Of a DNA stretch of 64,000 nucleotides, positions 1 to 10,245 are shown piece after piece; the stretch's first letter is position 1, and each line of letters starts with the position of its first letter. The position numbers and the translations under genes are program-made. This DNA comes from Nitrospirota bacterium (GTDB lineage: Bacteria > Nitrospirota > UBA9217): contig CAVVUN010000015.1 of the NCBI GenBank assembly GCA_963751455.1, positions 224,001 to 288,000 of the forward strand, given 5' to 3'. The notes beneath the pieces were generated by a model, which did no database searches, was not told the DNA's origin, and was given only the letters and a program-made list of their open reading frames with translations.

Positions 1-243
1 CGATTGCAACGGGCCGCATAGCGATTTTTTATGCAACGTTAAGGTTAAGCTGCAAGACGTACCCTCAAGGCCCTTTTGTGCTCTCCCAACCCATCCCGAA
101 AATCTCTTGAAAATTTATTCATCATGTGCAATACTTTTTAGATTCAGGCAGAAAAAGTTGTAGAAAGTGGAGCATTACTTCTTACCCGGGAAAAGACGGC
201 GTAATGCAGGAAAAAGAAGACTACCTAGTCAGGATGGGGATCC

Positions 244-2826
244 ATGCTGCCACACTGGCCTGAGGCCCCTTTTATCAGCCCGCTTGAGATCCACACATCT
301 GCGGTAGCGCTGGTGATCGCTCTTCTCGGAATCATTGCACTGATCCGGGACCGGGGAAGCCGCGTGAGCGCGGCTTTTTTCGTGCTCGCACTATGCATGG
401 CCGAATGGCTCTTCGCCTTCTCGCGGATGTACGGCGCAATTGACGAGCGTCAGGCGATCCAGTGGGCGAAGATCGGATATATCGGCATCAGTTGCCTGCC
501 CGCAGCAGTCTACCACTTCTGCTCGCTGGTTCTCCAGGACCGTGAACGGCGGAGAAAGCCGGTACTGATCATCTGGGCGCTTTCGGCTCTCTTCATCATC
601 CTCTCCACGACCACTGATCTGGTTATTTCTTCCCTCTACTACTACCGGTGGGGTATTTACCCGCGGCTGGGTCCGGCCGGCATCCCATTTCTCCTTTACT
701 TCTTCGGCGTCATGGTTCTGGCGCTCCACAGGTACGTCGGGCGGCACCGCGCAATTGCTGAAGGCGCCCCGCGCAAGGACTCGGCTCAACTGCGGCGCTC
801 GCGCATATTGTTGATAGCGTTTGGCATCGGCTATTTAGCGGCCTTCGATTTTGTGGCGGGGTTCGGCATTCCGTGGTACCCTTTCGGCTACTGCCCGATC
901 TTTTTATTTGCGATGATAGGGGGCTACTCGATCTTGCGTTACCGGTTCACGCCGATTTCGCGCGCCTTTGCCGCCGGACAGATACTGGATACCATGAACG
1001 AGGCGCTTCTCGTACTCGACCAGGACAACATTGTGGTGCTGGTCAACCATGCGACCTGCAGTCTGTTCAACTGCCGTGAACGGGATTTAGTGGGGAAACG
1101 GCTGAGCAGCAGTATGGACGGTAACCGTTCATTTGCCGAAGTGCTCGAATCGGCGATCCGAAGCGGCCCTGTCCGGAACGTCGAGGTGGAATACCATGCC
1201 AGTGAAGACCGCACCTTCATGCTCAGCCTGTCCGTTTCGATCATGCGAAACCCCCTGGGTGAGCCGCTGGCTACCGTCTGCCTTCTGAACGACATTACCA
1301 GCTGCAAGCGTTCCGAGGAGTCTCTGCTGCTGTTCAGGAACCTGCTGAACGAGACGAATGACGCGATATTTGTGAACGATCCGGCCACAGGGCGTTTTCT
1401 TATGGTGAACAACAAGGCATGCAGCAATCTGGGATACACGGGCACGGAGCTGCTTTCCCTCAGAACAATCGACATTGAGACAAATTACCCGGACCAGCGC
1501 TCATGGAATGCCCACGTCGACGAAGTGAGAACCAGGGGATCCTTGACAGTTGACGGAGTGCACAAGCGCAATGACGGCACGCCGCTGCCCGTGGAAGTGA
1601 ATGTGACGTACATGACTTCCGGCGATAAGGATTACATGGTCGCTCTGGCCCGCGACATTACAGAGCGTAAATTGTCGGAGCGGGCGCTTCGAACGAGCGA
1701 GGAACGCCTGTCCAAAGCGCAGAGAATGGCCCACGTCGGGAACTGGGAATGGGACTTGGTCACGAATCAGCTCTGGTGGTCCGAGGAAGTGTACCGGATT
1801 TATGGGGTGGACCCGGCCCGCTTTGCTCCGACTTTTGAAGCGGTCGGGAACGCCATGCATCCTGACGATCTGCAGCCCTTTCTCGCGGCGGTGAACGCGG
1901 CCATCTACGAACGCAAACCCTTTGAGTTGGATTACCGGCTGATCCGTCCTGACAACTCTGTGCGGACGGTGCATACCATCGGGGAGGTAACCTATGACGC
2001 GTCCGGCAAACCGGTGAGCAAATCGGGCACGGTCCAGGATGTCTCCGAAGCCAAACGAGCCGAGGAGGAACGGGAGCAGCTCATTGCAAAGCTGCGCGAG
2101 GCGAACGAGAAACTGAAGTCGATCGATAACATGAAAACAAACTTTATCTCGATGGTTTCCCACGAGCTGCGCACGCCGCTTACGACCATAAAAGCGTTCG
2201 TGGAGCTGCTTATCATGAAGCAGCGCATGCCCGAAGAGCAGAAGTTCCAGCTGATGACCACCATCAATGTCGAGGCTGACCGCCTGTCGCGCCTCATAAC
2301 CGACCTGCTTAATCTGGCCAGGATTGAAGCAGGATCCATGAAATGGCAGATTGAGGAGATCTCCATTGAAGAACTGATCCAAAATGTGATCGCGAGTCTG
2401 GAGTTGCTGTTCGAAAACAAGCAACTGCACGTGACCACTGCATTCGGCTCACCGCTCCCTTGTCTCTCCGGCGACCGGGACCGCCTCGTTCAGGTCGTTA
2501 CCAATATCCTCTCAAACGCAGCCAAGTTCACGCCCGCAGGAGGCACGATCCATGTCGCGGTGCACCACGACCAGGGGCCGCCGGAGCAGATCGCTGTTGC
2601 GGTCTCGGATACGGGCATGGGCATACCCGCGCGCGAGCTTGAACTGATATTCGATAAATTCCGCAGGTCGGACGACAAAGCCGTTTCCGCCATCGAAGGC
2701 ACCGGCCTCGGTCTTGCCATAAGCCGCCAGATCGTGGAGCACCACTGCGGCATGATCTGGGCCGACAGTACGCATGGCAAAGGGAGCACTTTCACTTTCA
2801 CGCTGCCCGTTCGGGGCCCGGCGTAG
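244..2826 (+). CDS. Membrane sensor histidine kinase (N-terminal 7TM region, three PAS/PAC domains, HisKA, HATPase)
   Basis: Hydrophobic N-terminal ~230 aa; PAS signatures (VNHATCSLF, VNNKACSNLGY, WSEEVYRIYG..HPDD); H-box SHELRTPL; N-box NAAKFT; G boxes DTGMGI and GTGLGL. Confidence 0.93.
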   Translation: MLPHWPEAPFISPLEIHTSAVALVIALLGIIALIRDRGSRVSAAFFVLALCMAEWLFAFSRMYGAIDERQAIQWAKIGYIGISCLPAAVYHFCSLVLQDRERRRKPVLIIWALSALFIILSTTTDLVISSLYYYRWGIYPRLGPAGIPFLLYFFGVMVLALHRYVGRHRAIAEGAPRKDSAQLRRSRILLIAFGIGYLAAFDFVAGFGIPWYPFGYCPIFLFAMIGGYSILRYRFTPISRAFAAGQILDTMNEALLVLDQDNIVVLVNHATCSLFNCRERDLVGKRLSSSMDGNRSFAEVLESAIRSGPVRNVEVEYHASEDRTFMLSLSVSIMRNPLGEPLATVCLLNDITSCKRSEESLLLFRNLLNETNDAIFVNDPATGRFLMVNNKACSNLGYTGTELLSLRTIDIETNYPDQRSWNAHVDEVRTRGSLTVDGVHKRNDGTPLPVEVNVTYMTSGDKDYMVALARDITERKLSERALRTSEERLSKAQRMAHVGNWEWDLVTNQLWWSEEVYRIYGVDPARFAPTFEAVGNAMHPDDLQPFLAAVNAAIYERKPFELDYRLIRPDNSVRTVHTIGEVTYDASGKPVSKSGTVQDVSEAKRAEEEREQLIAKLREANEKLKSIDNMKTNFISMVSHELRTPLTTIKAFVELLIMKQRMPEEQKFQLMTTINVEADRLSRLITDLLNLARIEAGSMKWQIEEISIEELIQNVIASLELLFENKQLHVTTAFGSPLPCLSGDRDRLVQVVTNILSNAAKFTPAGGTIHVAVHHDQGPPEQIAVAVSDTGMGIPARELELIFDKFRRSDDKAVSAIEGTGLGLAISRQIVEHHCGMIWADSTHGKGSTFTFTLPVRGPA

Positions 2827-2890
2827 CTCTTTCAGGGATGACCCTTTGCCCCGCTCGAAGCAATTCGGGTTGTTCGGATGTTGCTATCTG

Positions 2891-3457
2891 CTACCGTCCC
2901 CCGGATCCGCCGCTCGATCCTCCCTGTGCAGTTCCAGCCGTGCCGGCTGTTCCAGCTCCGGATTGACCGGTTCCGCCAGCCGCGCTTCCTGCTGCGCCGA
3001 GCGATTCTGCAATGGCCAGCTCGATGCTGTTATGGGCATCATCCTCTATCCTGCTGACCGTTACAGCCACATCACTGACATTAATATTGTATCTATTCAC
3101 AAGGATGGCTGCTGCCTGGTCCCATTGAACCCCGCGTTCACGCAAGATTGTAACTTCATTGATGCTGTCGTTGCTCAATCCGCCCGGCAGGGTCTCGGCA
3201 AAGGCGAGGATCGCTGCTATATCTCCATATTTCATGTTCCTGACGATAAGAGACGTGATCGTGTCCGTCGTGATGTTAAAATCATCGAGCAGGCGGTTCG
3301 TGATGATCTTCTCAGCCTGGGGCAATTCCGATTCAATATTCAACATCGCAACATCTGCGCCGAGTTTATTGGCATCCGAGACCTGTGCAGCTGAAAGACC
3401 GGCCAGGAACAATACAAGGGCTGCAGTCATAAGTATCTGTAAAAAAGGCTTTTTCAT
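2891..3457 (-). CDS. Exported hypothetical protein with Gly/Ser/Thr-rich C-terminal tail
   Basis: Signal peptide MKKPFLQILMTAALVLFLAGLSAA; 188 aa ORF. Confidence 0.75.
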   Translation of the reverse strand: MKKPFLQILMTAALVLFLAGLSAAQVSDANKLGADVAMLNIESELPQAEKIITNRLLDDFNITTDTITSLIVRNMKYGDIAAILAFAETLPGGLSNDSINEVTILRERGVQWDQAAAILVNRYNINVSDVAVTVSRIEDDAHNSIELAIAESLGAAGSAAGGTGQSGAGTAGTAGTAQGGSSGGSGGR

Positions 3458-3623
3458 AACCGTTTTCCTCCGCGAAAGAATATCGTCGGCTTTCTCGCAA
3501 TTAGCACATCAAATTATAATTAATATATCTATTATTATATTTAATTTTACCATGGCGCACTTTCATGCTATAGTTATACTCCTCGAATCATAGTTCTGCA
3601 TTCTTTACATAAAAGGCGCAATC

Positions 3624-3923
3624 ATGAAAAAACTTAACTGCTGGGAACATAATAAATGCGGCCTGGGACTTGCCAGCATAAAAAACGGTCAAACCTGCCC
3701 TGTGGTGCTGGAAACTAAACTGAACAAAGTTCACGATGGCCATAACGCAGGAAGAGCTTGCTGGGTGGTAGCAGGAACCTATTGCCGCGGCGAGATCCAG
3801 GGGACCTTTGCGAAGAAATATGCGAACTGTGAAAAGTGCGATTTTTATCAAAAGGTAAGGCAGGAGGAAGGTCCGAAATTCAAGTTGTCTATCGTCCTCC
3901 TTAATCAACTTAAGACCCCGTGA
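3624..3923 (+). CDS. Small Cys-rich two-CW-domain protein
   Basis: NCWEHNKC ... CP ... GRACWVVAGTYC ... CEKCDFY pattern. Confidence 0.8.
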   Translation: MKKLNCWEHNKCGLGLASIKNGQTCPVVLETKLNKVHDGHNAGRACWVVAGTYCRGEIQGTFAKKYANCEKCDFYQKVRQEEGPKFKLSIVLLNQLKTP

Positions 3924-3979
3924 TCCTTGCCGGACTTCAGTAACGTAGATGCCCATTTACGCCCAAGCAGAGGCCCAAC

Positions 3980-4981
3980 ATGGAAAATGATCGTATTACA
4001 AAAATGCTCGCCGGCAGCACTCCCTTAAAGGCGATTATCAGCGGAATGGGCTATGCCATAAGCATTCAAGACGCCGACCTAAAAGTCGCTTATCAAAACG
4101 ATGCTCACAAGAATCTCTTCGGCAGCCATATCGGTGATTTTTGCTATAAGGGATTTCTCGGCAGGAACAGCATATGTGAAGAGTGCCCGGTCGTTACGTC
4201 TCTTCAGGACGGCGCAGTCCATTCCGCGATATATAAGCGTATTACCGAAAAGGGCGTACTGTATACGGAATTGACGGCATCTCCGGTAACAGATGCAGAC
4301 GGCAAAATAACAGGCGGCGTGGAAGTTGCGCGGGACATTACCTATCGCATCAGAGCAGATGAAGTGAGCCGGGAGACAATGCAGATGCTCGAGGACATAA
4401 CCCAGGGCATTACCGAAAGCATCCTGCTTCTTTCAACGGATTATACGGTCCTCTGGGCCAATAAAGCGGCACTGGAGCAGACCGGGCTGGCGAAGAATGA
4501 ACTGTTAGGTAATTACTGCTATGCCGCTACCCACGACCGCGACTGCCACTGTGAACCTCCGAATGAACCCTGTCCTGTTCGCGATTTGCTTGAAACAGGA
4601 AAGCCAAAAGCCGCAGAGCATGAGCATCATGATAAAAACGGCAAAAAAGTCTATGCCGAAGTAAGCGCGTATCCTATAAAAGACGATTTCGGAAAGATCG
4701 TCAGGTTCGTTCATATATCAAAAAACATAAGCGAGCGTAAAAATCTTGAACAGGAAAGGGAAAAACTTATCCTTGATCTTCAGGAAGCGCTGGCGGAAAT
4801 CAGGACATTAAAAGGCATAATTCCCATCTGCTCTTCCTGTAAAAAAATCAGGAACGACAGCGGGTACTGGGAACAGATGGAAGAATATATACGGAAGAAT
4901 TCAGACGCTGAATTCACGCATGGCATCTGTCCGAGCTGCGCCAGAAAACTGTATTCAGGCATATTAGAAGATCAAGTATAG
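3980..4981 (+). CDS. Tandem PAS protein with C-terminal Cys/His (putative Zn-binding) tail
   Basis: Two PAS domains with CY..CxxCP motifs; tail LKGIIPICSSCKKIR..HGICPSC; no kinase domain. Confidence 0.85.
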   Translation: MENDRITKMLAGSTPLKAIISGMGYAISIQDADLKVAYQNDAHKNLFGSHIGDFCYKGFLGRNSICEECPVVTSLQDGAVHSAIYKRITEKGVLYTELTASPVTDADGKITGGVEVARDITYRIRADEVSRETMQMLEDITQGITESILLLSTDYTVLWANKAALEQTGLAKNELLGNYCYAATHDRDCHCEPPNEPCPVRDLLETGKPKAAEHEHHDKNGKKVYAEVSAYPIKDDFGKIVRFVHISKNISERKNLEQEREKLILDLQEALAEIRTLKGIIPICSSCKKIRNDSGYWEQMEEYIRKNSDAEFTHGICPSCARKLYSGILEDQV

Positions 4982-5035
4982 CTGAAAGATAATCGGGGTG
5001 CGCTCGCGCATCTCCTGAAGGCCGCTGCCCGGTGC

Positions 5036-5494
5036 TCACCCTTGATCGGTATATCGTTCAAATTTTTTCCCGATCTTCGAAAGCTGGTCGGCCAGCCAGA
5101 TCATCTGCCTCGTATGCTCTACCGTGATCCTGTCGCGCTCTTCGCCCACAGACAGAGACGTGCCATTCAGAAGTTCGCTTGCGCTCATCAGCTTTACTCC
5201 CCGGGTGTAGATCTCATCTATGTAAGCGGCAATATGCGTGTCGAAAAGAAGCGACGCGTCCTGGGTGCGCGACCGAAAGTCCACGAGGTCTTCCTTTCTC
5301 ATTTCACCGGTATGACCCAGCATTGTGAGTATCTTCTTCACGTCGTTATAAACATCCTGCCTCCTCGAAGAAAGGGATTTTCTGGTTCCAGCCTTTGCGG
5401 GTCGGGAAGACCGGTAGACAAGATAACCGGTGCCCGTTGCTATCACCAGGAGCAGTCCGGTCTGGAGCATATTTAAAAGCAGCAGCCTGTCCAT
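5036..5494 (-). CDS. Hypothetical protein with N-terminal TM helix
   Basis: GGAGG RBS before ATG at 5494; hydrophobic first ~25 aa. Confidence 0.7.
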   Translation of the reverse strand: MDRLLLLNMLQTGLLLVIATGTGYLVYRSSRPAKAGTRKSLSSRRQDVYNDVKKILTMLGHTGEMRKEDLVDFRSRTQDASLLFDTHIAAYIDEIYTRGVKLMSASELLNGTSLSVGEERDRITVEHTRQMIWLADQLSKIGKKFERYTDQG

Positions 5495-5664
5495 ATTAAT
5501 TCCTCCTTTGAGTATCATACATAAATTTGAATGATTTTAGAAGGAGAATGGCAGAAGCGACAACTCAATCATGCATGGACAGAAAATATTCGTCGTGCGA
5601 TGCGGGGACGGGATGGCTATTGAAAAATGCGAAATGCAAATTTGTTTTCTTATTTCTTTTCAAA

Positions 5665-6008
5665 AGCCCCTCGTGCATCCCGGTCATGAACAAATTCTAA
5701 TATCGATAAAAATCGTAATCAGTTTAGTAATGATATTCGCGGCATGTCTGCGCGGCGCTGCCGATGTAGCCCCCCACCCGGTCCCTCTCCCTGGAAGGGA
5801 GAAGGGCTAGTGGATACCCATCACTCCCCGCTGCCGCAGTCGTAACCGACCGGGTGCAGGCAAAGATAATTCTATGGGCGGTGCAGAAAAAAGAAAAAAT
5901 CTTGCCTGCGGCCAGTGGTTATAAGTGCATAGCGTAGCCTGCTCTAACGAAAACGCGGCCATAAACGAATACAGGCTGAACTTCATGGCATGAAGTTCAG
6001 GCCTTTTT
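5665..6008 (-). repeat. Mosaic modular repeat, copy 1 (includes a CCCTCTCCC..GGGAGA palindrome)
   Basis: Reverse complement aligns with 25120-25485 and 21217-21390; palindrome GAACTTCATGGCATGAAGTTC near 5978-5998. Confidence 0.9.
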
Positions 6009-6012
6009 GCAT

Positions 6013-6510
6013 CTATTCCACTACCTCGAACGTTCCTTTCATGCCCTTTTCTTTATGGGTTTTACCGAGAGGCGCTTTCTTATCACAATAAAATTCATAC
6101 GTGCCGGTTTTTGTGGGTGTAAATTTGATCGATTTCGGCTCCTTCTTCAGGTCGACGCTGAAATCTATACCAGCTTCCGGCGCCTTGGCAGTAATGTTGT
6201 GAGGGATAATCCCTGACGACTTGTCCGTTTTCCTGACGAGGAGTTCCACGGGCTTATTCATGCGTATCACGATCATGTTCGGTTCAAAAAAATATTCACC
6301 GGCATTGATCTCGACACGCTGTACACCGTCAGGATCGACTCCAACAATGAGCTTTTTTCCCCCGGGACTCTCCTGTACCTGATTCGGCGTCGACGTGTTC
6401 TGCGAAAGGAATAACGGCTTGTTTTCCCCTTTGCGGTCCCCGGCATCGATAGAATAGCCCGAGGATAAAACAAGTACTGAAACCATAAATGCGATTGCGC
6501 GGTAATCCAT
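6013..6510 (-). CDS. Exported cupredoxin-domain protein
   Basis: GGAGG RBS; signal peptide; type-1-Cu-like ligands HNI ... YC ... H ... GM. Confidence 0.85.
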   Translation of the reverse strand: MDYRAIAFMVSVLVLSSGYSIDAGDRKGENKPLFLSQNTSTPNQVQESPGGKKLIVGVDPDGVQRVEINAGEYFFEPNMIVIRMNKPVELLVRKTDKSSGIIPHNITAKAPEAGIDFSVDLKKEPKSIKFTPTKTGTYEFYCDKKAPLGKTHKEKGMKGTFEVVE

Positions 6511-6608
6511 AGTGCACCTCCATGTGGCTGCTGCCTGATAAAAACAATGGCATAGGATGATGCTTCCGTTGTAAAGCCCTATCGCGAAATTCAATATCCA
6601 AGCATAAG

Positions 6609-6637
6609 AAAGCCCACTCGCCTAGGAGTGGGCTTTT
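6609..6637. terminator. Intrinsic terminator (bidirectional form)
   Basis: AAAGCCCACTC-loop-GAGTGGGCTTTT. Confidence 0.8.
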
Positions 6638-6666
6638 GTCCGGCAGGAAAATAAAAATCGATAGAG

Positions 6667-7209
6667 TTAGTATTTGCTGCCGCCTTGCTGATCACTCGTG
6701 CTCTTTTGCTGTTCATTGGCGCCGCTCTGCCGGTCCATGCTGCCCTGTCCTCCTGCGCCGCTTTGCTGATCACTCATGTCTCCCTGCTGTCCACCGGCAC
6801 CGCTCGGCTGATCCATGCTGCCTTCCTGACCGCCCGCGCCCGCAGCTGCCCCTGAAGGCGAAACGCCCAATGCGGTTATTACCTCTTGATTGAGCTGCCC
6901 AGTCGGCTCCATACCTTTAGCTTGCTGGAATTGCTTCAAGGCTTGCTGTGATTTAGCTCCCCACTTGCCGTCGGCTTTGCCTGCCTTGTACCCCTGGTCG
7001 TTCAATGCCTGTTGGACCTGACGCACTGTCTGCTTGTCCTGCATCAGCGAAGACGAAGTTTGGTCTTGCTGCTGCATTTGCTGACTGCTCTGGTCTGACT
7101 TCTGCATGCCTGGATCGCTCTGGCTTCCGCCCTGCTGCGCGTATGCAAAGGCAACGAAAAGACCGAATGCCGCGATCACGCTTATCACTCCCGTATTGAG
7201 TTTCATCAT
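6667..7209 (-). CDS. Exported peptidoglycan-binding (PG_binding_1) protein with Gln/Gly-rich linkers
   Basis: Signal peptide; VRQVQQALNDQGY..DGKWG..ALKQFQ..GMEPTGQL; repeated QxxAGGQ units. Confidence 0.88.
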   Translation of the reverse strand: MMKLNTGVISVIAAFGLFVAFAYAQQGGSQSDPGMQKSDQSSQQMQQQDQTSSSLMQDKQTVRQVQQALNDQGYKAGKADGKWGAKSQQALKQFQQAKGMEPTGQLNQEVITALGVSPSGAAAGAGGQEGSMDQPSGAGGQQGDMSDQQSGAGGQGSMDRQSGANEQQKSTSDQQGGSKY

Positions 7210-7438
7210 TGACCTCCTTAAAAGCTGTTTATCGTTCAAAACCTGTCACCTTTCCTGTTATTGAATGTAGCTCGTAAAGCAGGCAGGTCAAGAGAACGAA
7301 CGTATGAAGTGAATACTTTAGACAGCGATAATGCCCGATTGTTACCAATATTAGGAGCATTATGGTCCTTTTTATCTATACGATGCTTTATATTTGTTGT
7401 AATATAATGTAATATTATATTTAGGAGGAGATGATTTT

Positions 7439-7642
7439 ATGAAAGTTGAGTTGGACACAAAAGAAATACAATTGCTCATTGGCGAGCTTGAAACTGTTAT
7501 CCGGGAACTGCGCGGCCTGATCGCGTCCGGAATGCGGAAAGAAATGCGTGATGACATCAGGAAGGACAAGATGATGCTCATTGACATCCTGGAGAAAGTA
7601 AAAATGGCCGGGAGGGTCAAGGAACATCATGCCGCTGCGTGA
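7439..7642 (+). CDS. Small hypothetical protein
   Basis: AGGAGG RBS; 67 aa helical ORF followed by terminator. Confidence 0.7.
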   Translation: MKVELDTKEIQLLIGELETVIRELRGLIASGMRKEMRDDIRKDKMMLIDILEKVKMAGRVKEHHAAA

Positions 7643-7694
7643 TGGCGACGGCCGTCTAAGACTGTAAACCAGATAACGGAATCAAGAACAATAG

Positions 7695-7725
7695 AAAAGC
7701 CCACTCAGATATGAGTGGGCTTTTT
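7695..7725. terminator. Intrinsic terminator
   Basis: AAAAGCCCACTCA-loop-TGAGTGGGCTTTTT, same stem as 6609. Confidence 0.8.
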
Positions 7726-7790
7726 GCTGTGTATACTGACGATGAATCGGCATGCAAAGCAGATCATTGAGTTGCCCACATAAACCGCCC

Positions 7791-7940
7791 AAAAAACCAA
7801 GGATCCTGAACGTCATGCCGAGAAGTTCAGTCGGTATTCGTTTATGGCCGGGTTTTCGTTAGAGCAGGCTACGCTACGCACAAGGCTTAGACTCATTGTC
7901 GTACCATCTCGCTGAAAAGCGCGAGACGGGAATCAGGGGT
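7791..7940 (+). repeat. Mosaic modular repeat, copy 2 (partial; contains module Y at 7882-7940)
   Basis: Aligns with 25120-25269. Confidence 0.9.
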
Positions 7941-8162
7941 AACCTACGCACATGGCCATAGGTCACGGCGTTCACTTCAGAGCAGCCTTGGGCCTGCCAA
8001 GGAAGGACTGCATGTTTATCAAGGAGTGATAGACTATGAAAAAGGGGCTCAACACATTGAGAGACATTGAAATGAAAATTGTAAAGCACATTAATTGTCT
8101 TTATTTTTTATCCAGAAACCCATAGGTGTGCGTTCTGACCAATTCAACGGAGGAGGTATCCT

Positions 8163-8936
8163 ATGATACGAGAAAAACTGCTGAAGGACCGTCACATAGC
8201 CGTACTTGCAGCGGACGGCTTCGAAAGAATGGAACTTACAATGCCCGTTAAAGCGCTCCGGGCAGCGGGAGCCCAGGTAGAGATTGTCTCTCTGCGCCGC
8301 GGCCGCATTCGCGGGGTAAACCTGCATGAACCGGCAAGCAAGGTGCGCGTTTCCATAACAGTGGACGAAGCCCATCCGGCAGATTACGACGGTTTGTTCA
8401 TTCCGGGCGGACTTATCAGCCCGGATCTTCTGCGCCAGTCCGCTGCCGCACGAAGCTTCGTTAGTGCGTTCGATGAAATCCGAAAACCGATTGCAAGCAT
8501 CTGTCACGGCCCCTGGGTGCTCATATCCGCAGGGCTTACCAAAGGCAGGACCATGACGGCATGGCCCGGTATACGGGACGATGTCGTAAATGCCGGAGCA
8601 ACCTGGCTCGACGAGGAGGTGGTTCGTGACGGAAACTGGATCACCAGCCGAGGCCCTCAGGATATGGCAGCGTTCGTGCGCGCAATGACAGAACTGTTTA
8701 CTGAGTCGGCGCCCATCGAGTTGACAGCGCGGCAGCAAATTCGGTCCTCACCCCAGCGCGACATGCCTCCCCGGGCAATGATCGCGGCAATGAGGTGGAT
8801 GCCCAGGCCCTCATTCCGAACAGCAGCGGGCCTTGCACTGTTGGCAGGAGGATGGCTGCTTGCAAAGCAGCGCCGTTCAGCGCCGCGCACGCGTTTTGAA
8901 TCTTTTGCACGGCAACCTGTAGAAACGCCGATGTAA
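8163..8936 (+). CDS. PfpI/DJ-1 family (type 1 glutamine amidotransferase-like) protein
   Basis: AVLAADGFE..E, IPGG, nucleophile elbow SICHGPW, DGNWITSRGP; GGAGG RBS. Confidence 0.92.
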   Translation: MIREKLLKDRHIAVLAADGFERMELTMPVKALRAAGAQVEIVSLRRGRIRGVNLHEPASKVRVSITVDEAHPADYDGLFIPGGLISPDLLRQSAAARSFVSAFDEIRKPIASICHGPWVLISAGLTKGRTMTAWPGIRDDVVNAGATWLDEEVVRDGNWITSRGPQDMAAFVRAMTELFTESAPIELTARQQIRSSPQRDMPPRAMIAAMRWMPRPSFRTAAGLALLAGGWLLAKQRRSAPRTRFESFARQPVETPM

Positions 8937-9094
8937 GAGCCGACGGGGTGATGAGTGGCATGACAGAGAGGCGACTGGGAGACAAAGGCGACGGGCGTGG
9001 AATGCCGACATAGAAGGGGCAGGCGAGGCGCTATTGGGTAACGACAGGGCAATTCAAACCGTTACACGCAATCCTTTATGACGTCATACTTCCT

Positions 9095-9123
9095 TTGACA
9101 ATAAAGAAAGGGACTGCTATCCT
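9095..9123 (+). promoter_or_regulatory. Sigma70 promoter driving the riboswitch leader
   Basis: TTGACA (9095-9100), 17 bp spacer, extended -10 TGcTATCCT (9115-9123). Confidence 0.75.
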
Positions 9124-9135
9124 TTAAACAAGATA

Positions 9136-9228
9136 GATATAGTCCTGATAAAGCCGAACCCTTTGCAAGGAGGGGGCGGAAAGTAACGGGTCTCTCCAAA
9201 CGGAGACAGCCGAGCTGCCGGGAATATC
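9136..9228 (+). ncRNA. c-di-GMP-I (GEMM-I) riboswitch aptamer
   Basis: P1 GATAT..CCTG / CGGG..ATATC; P2 CCGAACCCTTT-GCAA-GGAGGGGGCGG with GNRA loop; AAAG junction; P3 GGGTCTC..GAGACAGCC..GCTGCCG; matches the Geobacter-type GEMM-I layout. Confidence 0.88.
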
Positions 9229-9360
9229 GCTGATTTGTTGCGGCGGCCCGGTTATTTTATTTGGAGAAGTGGAAATTTTGATACATTCGTAAAAAGCCAG
9301 TCTCATTCGGAAAAAATATTATTTATTCGGCTGTCAGTAACAGGCCGGAAGGAGGATCAA

Positions 9361-10245
9361 ATGGACAAAATAAAAGATATAATCCTGGTGACAGGAGCCA
9401 CCGGAAAACAGGGTGGTGCAGTGGCTCGTCATCTTCTCAAAACCGGCTATAAAGTAAAGGCAATGACGCGGCGTCCGGAAAGTGATAATGCAAGGCTTTT
9501 GAAAGACCTGGGCGCTGATATTGTCAGGGGCGACTATGATGACCCGCCTTCCCTGGAGCGGGCGTTGGACGGCGTCTGGGGCGTATTCGCTGTACAGAAC
9601 ACGTGGGAAGCCGGCGTCGAGCGTGAAGAGGAACAGGGAAAGCGCTTTGCCGAGCTTGCAAAGAAAAAGGGTATTTCCCATTACGTGTATTCGTCTGTGG
9701 GCTCCGCCCATCGCGGCACGGGTATTCCGCATTTCGAGAACAAATGGCGCATTGAGCAGACGGTCAGGGGTCTGAAGTTTCCCTCCTACACTATTTTGCG
9801 GCCTGTCTTCTTCATGGAAAACTTCCTGTCCCCGACGTCCCTTCCAGGATTATTGCAGGGAAAGCTCCAGTTCGGACTCAAGCCGGAAACCAGACTTCAG
9901 ATGGTCGCTGTTGACGACATCGGAAGATTCGGCCTCATGGTTTTCGAGCAGCACGAGAAGATGAACGGAGTGGAGATCGACTTTGCCGGCGACCAGCGGA
10001 CAATTCTGGAAACAGCTGACATCCTCGGAGCTGCGATGGGCAGGAAAATCGAATTCGTGGAAGCGGCCAAAGAGGACATCCGTAAGGCGAGCGAAGATTA
10101 CGCAATCATGCTGGAATGGTTCGAACGGGTGGGGTACAACGTGGATATCCCGTCGCTTAAAAGTAAATACGGGATCGATGTTGCCGGGCTCGAGAAATGG
10201 GCACGGAAGATAGATTGGGCAGTGAAGCTGAAACAGGCGGCATAA
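9361..10245 (+). CDS. NmrA/HSCARG family NAD(P)-binding protein
   Basis: ILVTGATGKQGGAVA, PHFENK, LRPVFFMENF; AGGAGG RBS before ATG 9361. Confidence 0.92.
   Translation: MDKIKDIILVTGATGKQGGAVARHLLKTGYKVKAMTRRPESDNARLLKDLGADIVRGDYDDPPSLERALDGVWGVFAVQNTWEAGVEREEEQGKRFAELAKKKGISHYVYSSVGSAHRGTGIPHFENKWRIEQTVRGLKFPSYTILRPVFFMENFLSPTSLPGLLQGKLQFGLKPETRLQMVAVDDIGRFGLMVFEQHEKMNGVEIDFAGDQRTILETADILGAAMGRKIEFVEAAKEDIRKASEDYAIMLEWFERVGYNVDIPSLKSKYGIDVAGLEKWARKIDWAVKLKQAA

Noticed and set aside
6609-7725. Third 3'-end duplication suggested by twin terminators
   Set aside because: Only the stems match; no duplicated coding sequence is adjacent
9136-9228. cGAMP-specific (GEMM-Ib) assignment
   Set aside because: The discriminating base is G, not A, although only a binding assay is decisive
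9235-9360. Longer N-terminus for NmrA from the ORF track
   Set aside because: Lies in the riboswitch leader; the strong RBS and Rossmann motif favour ATG 9361
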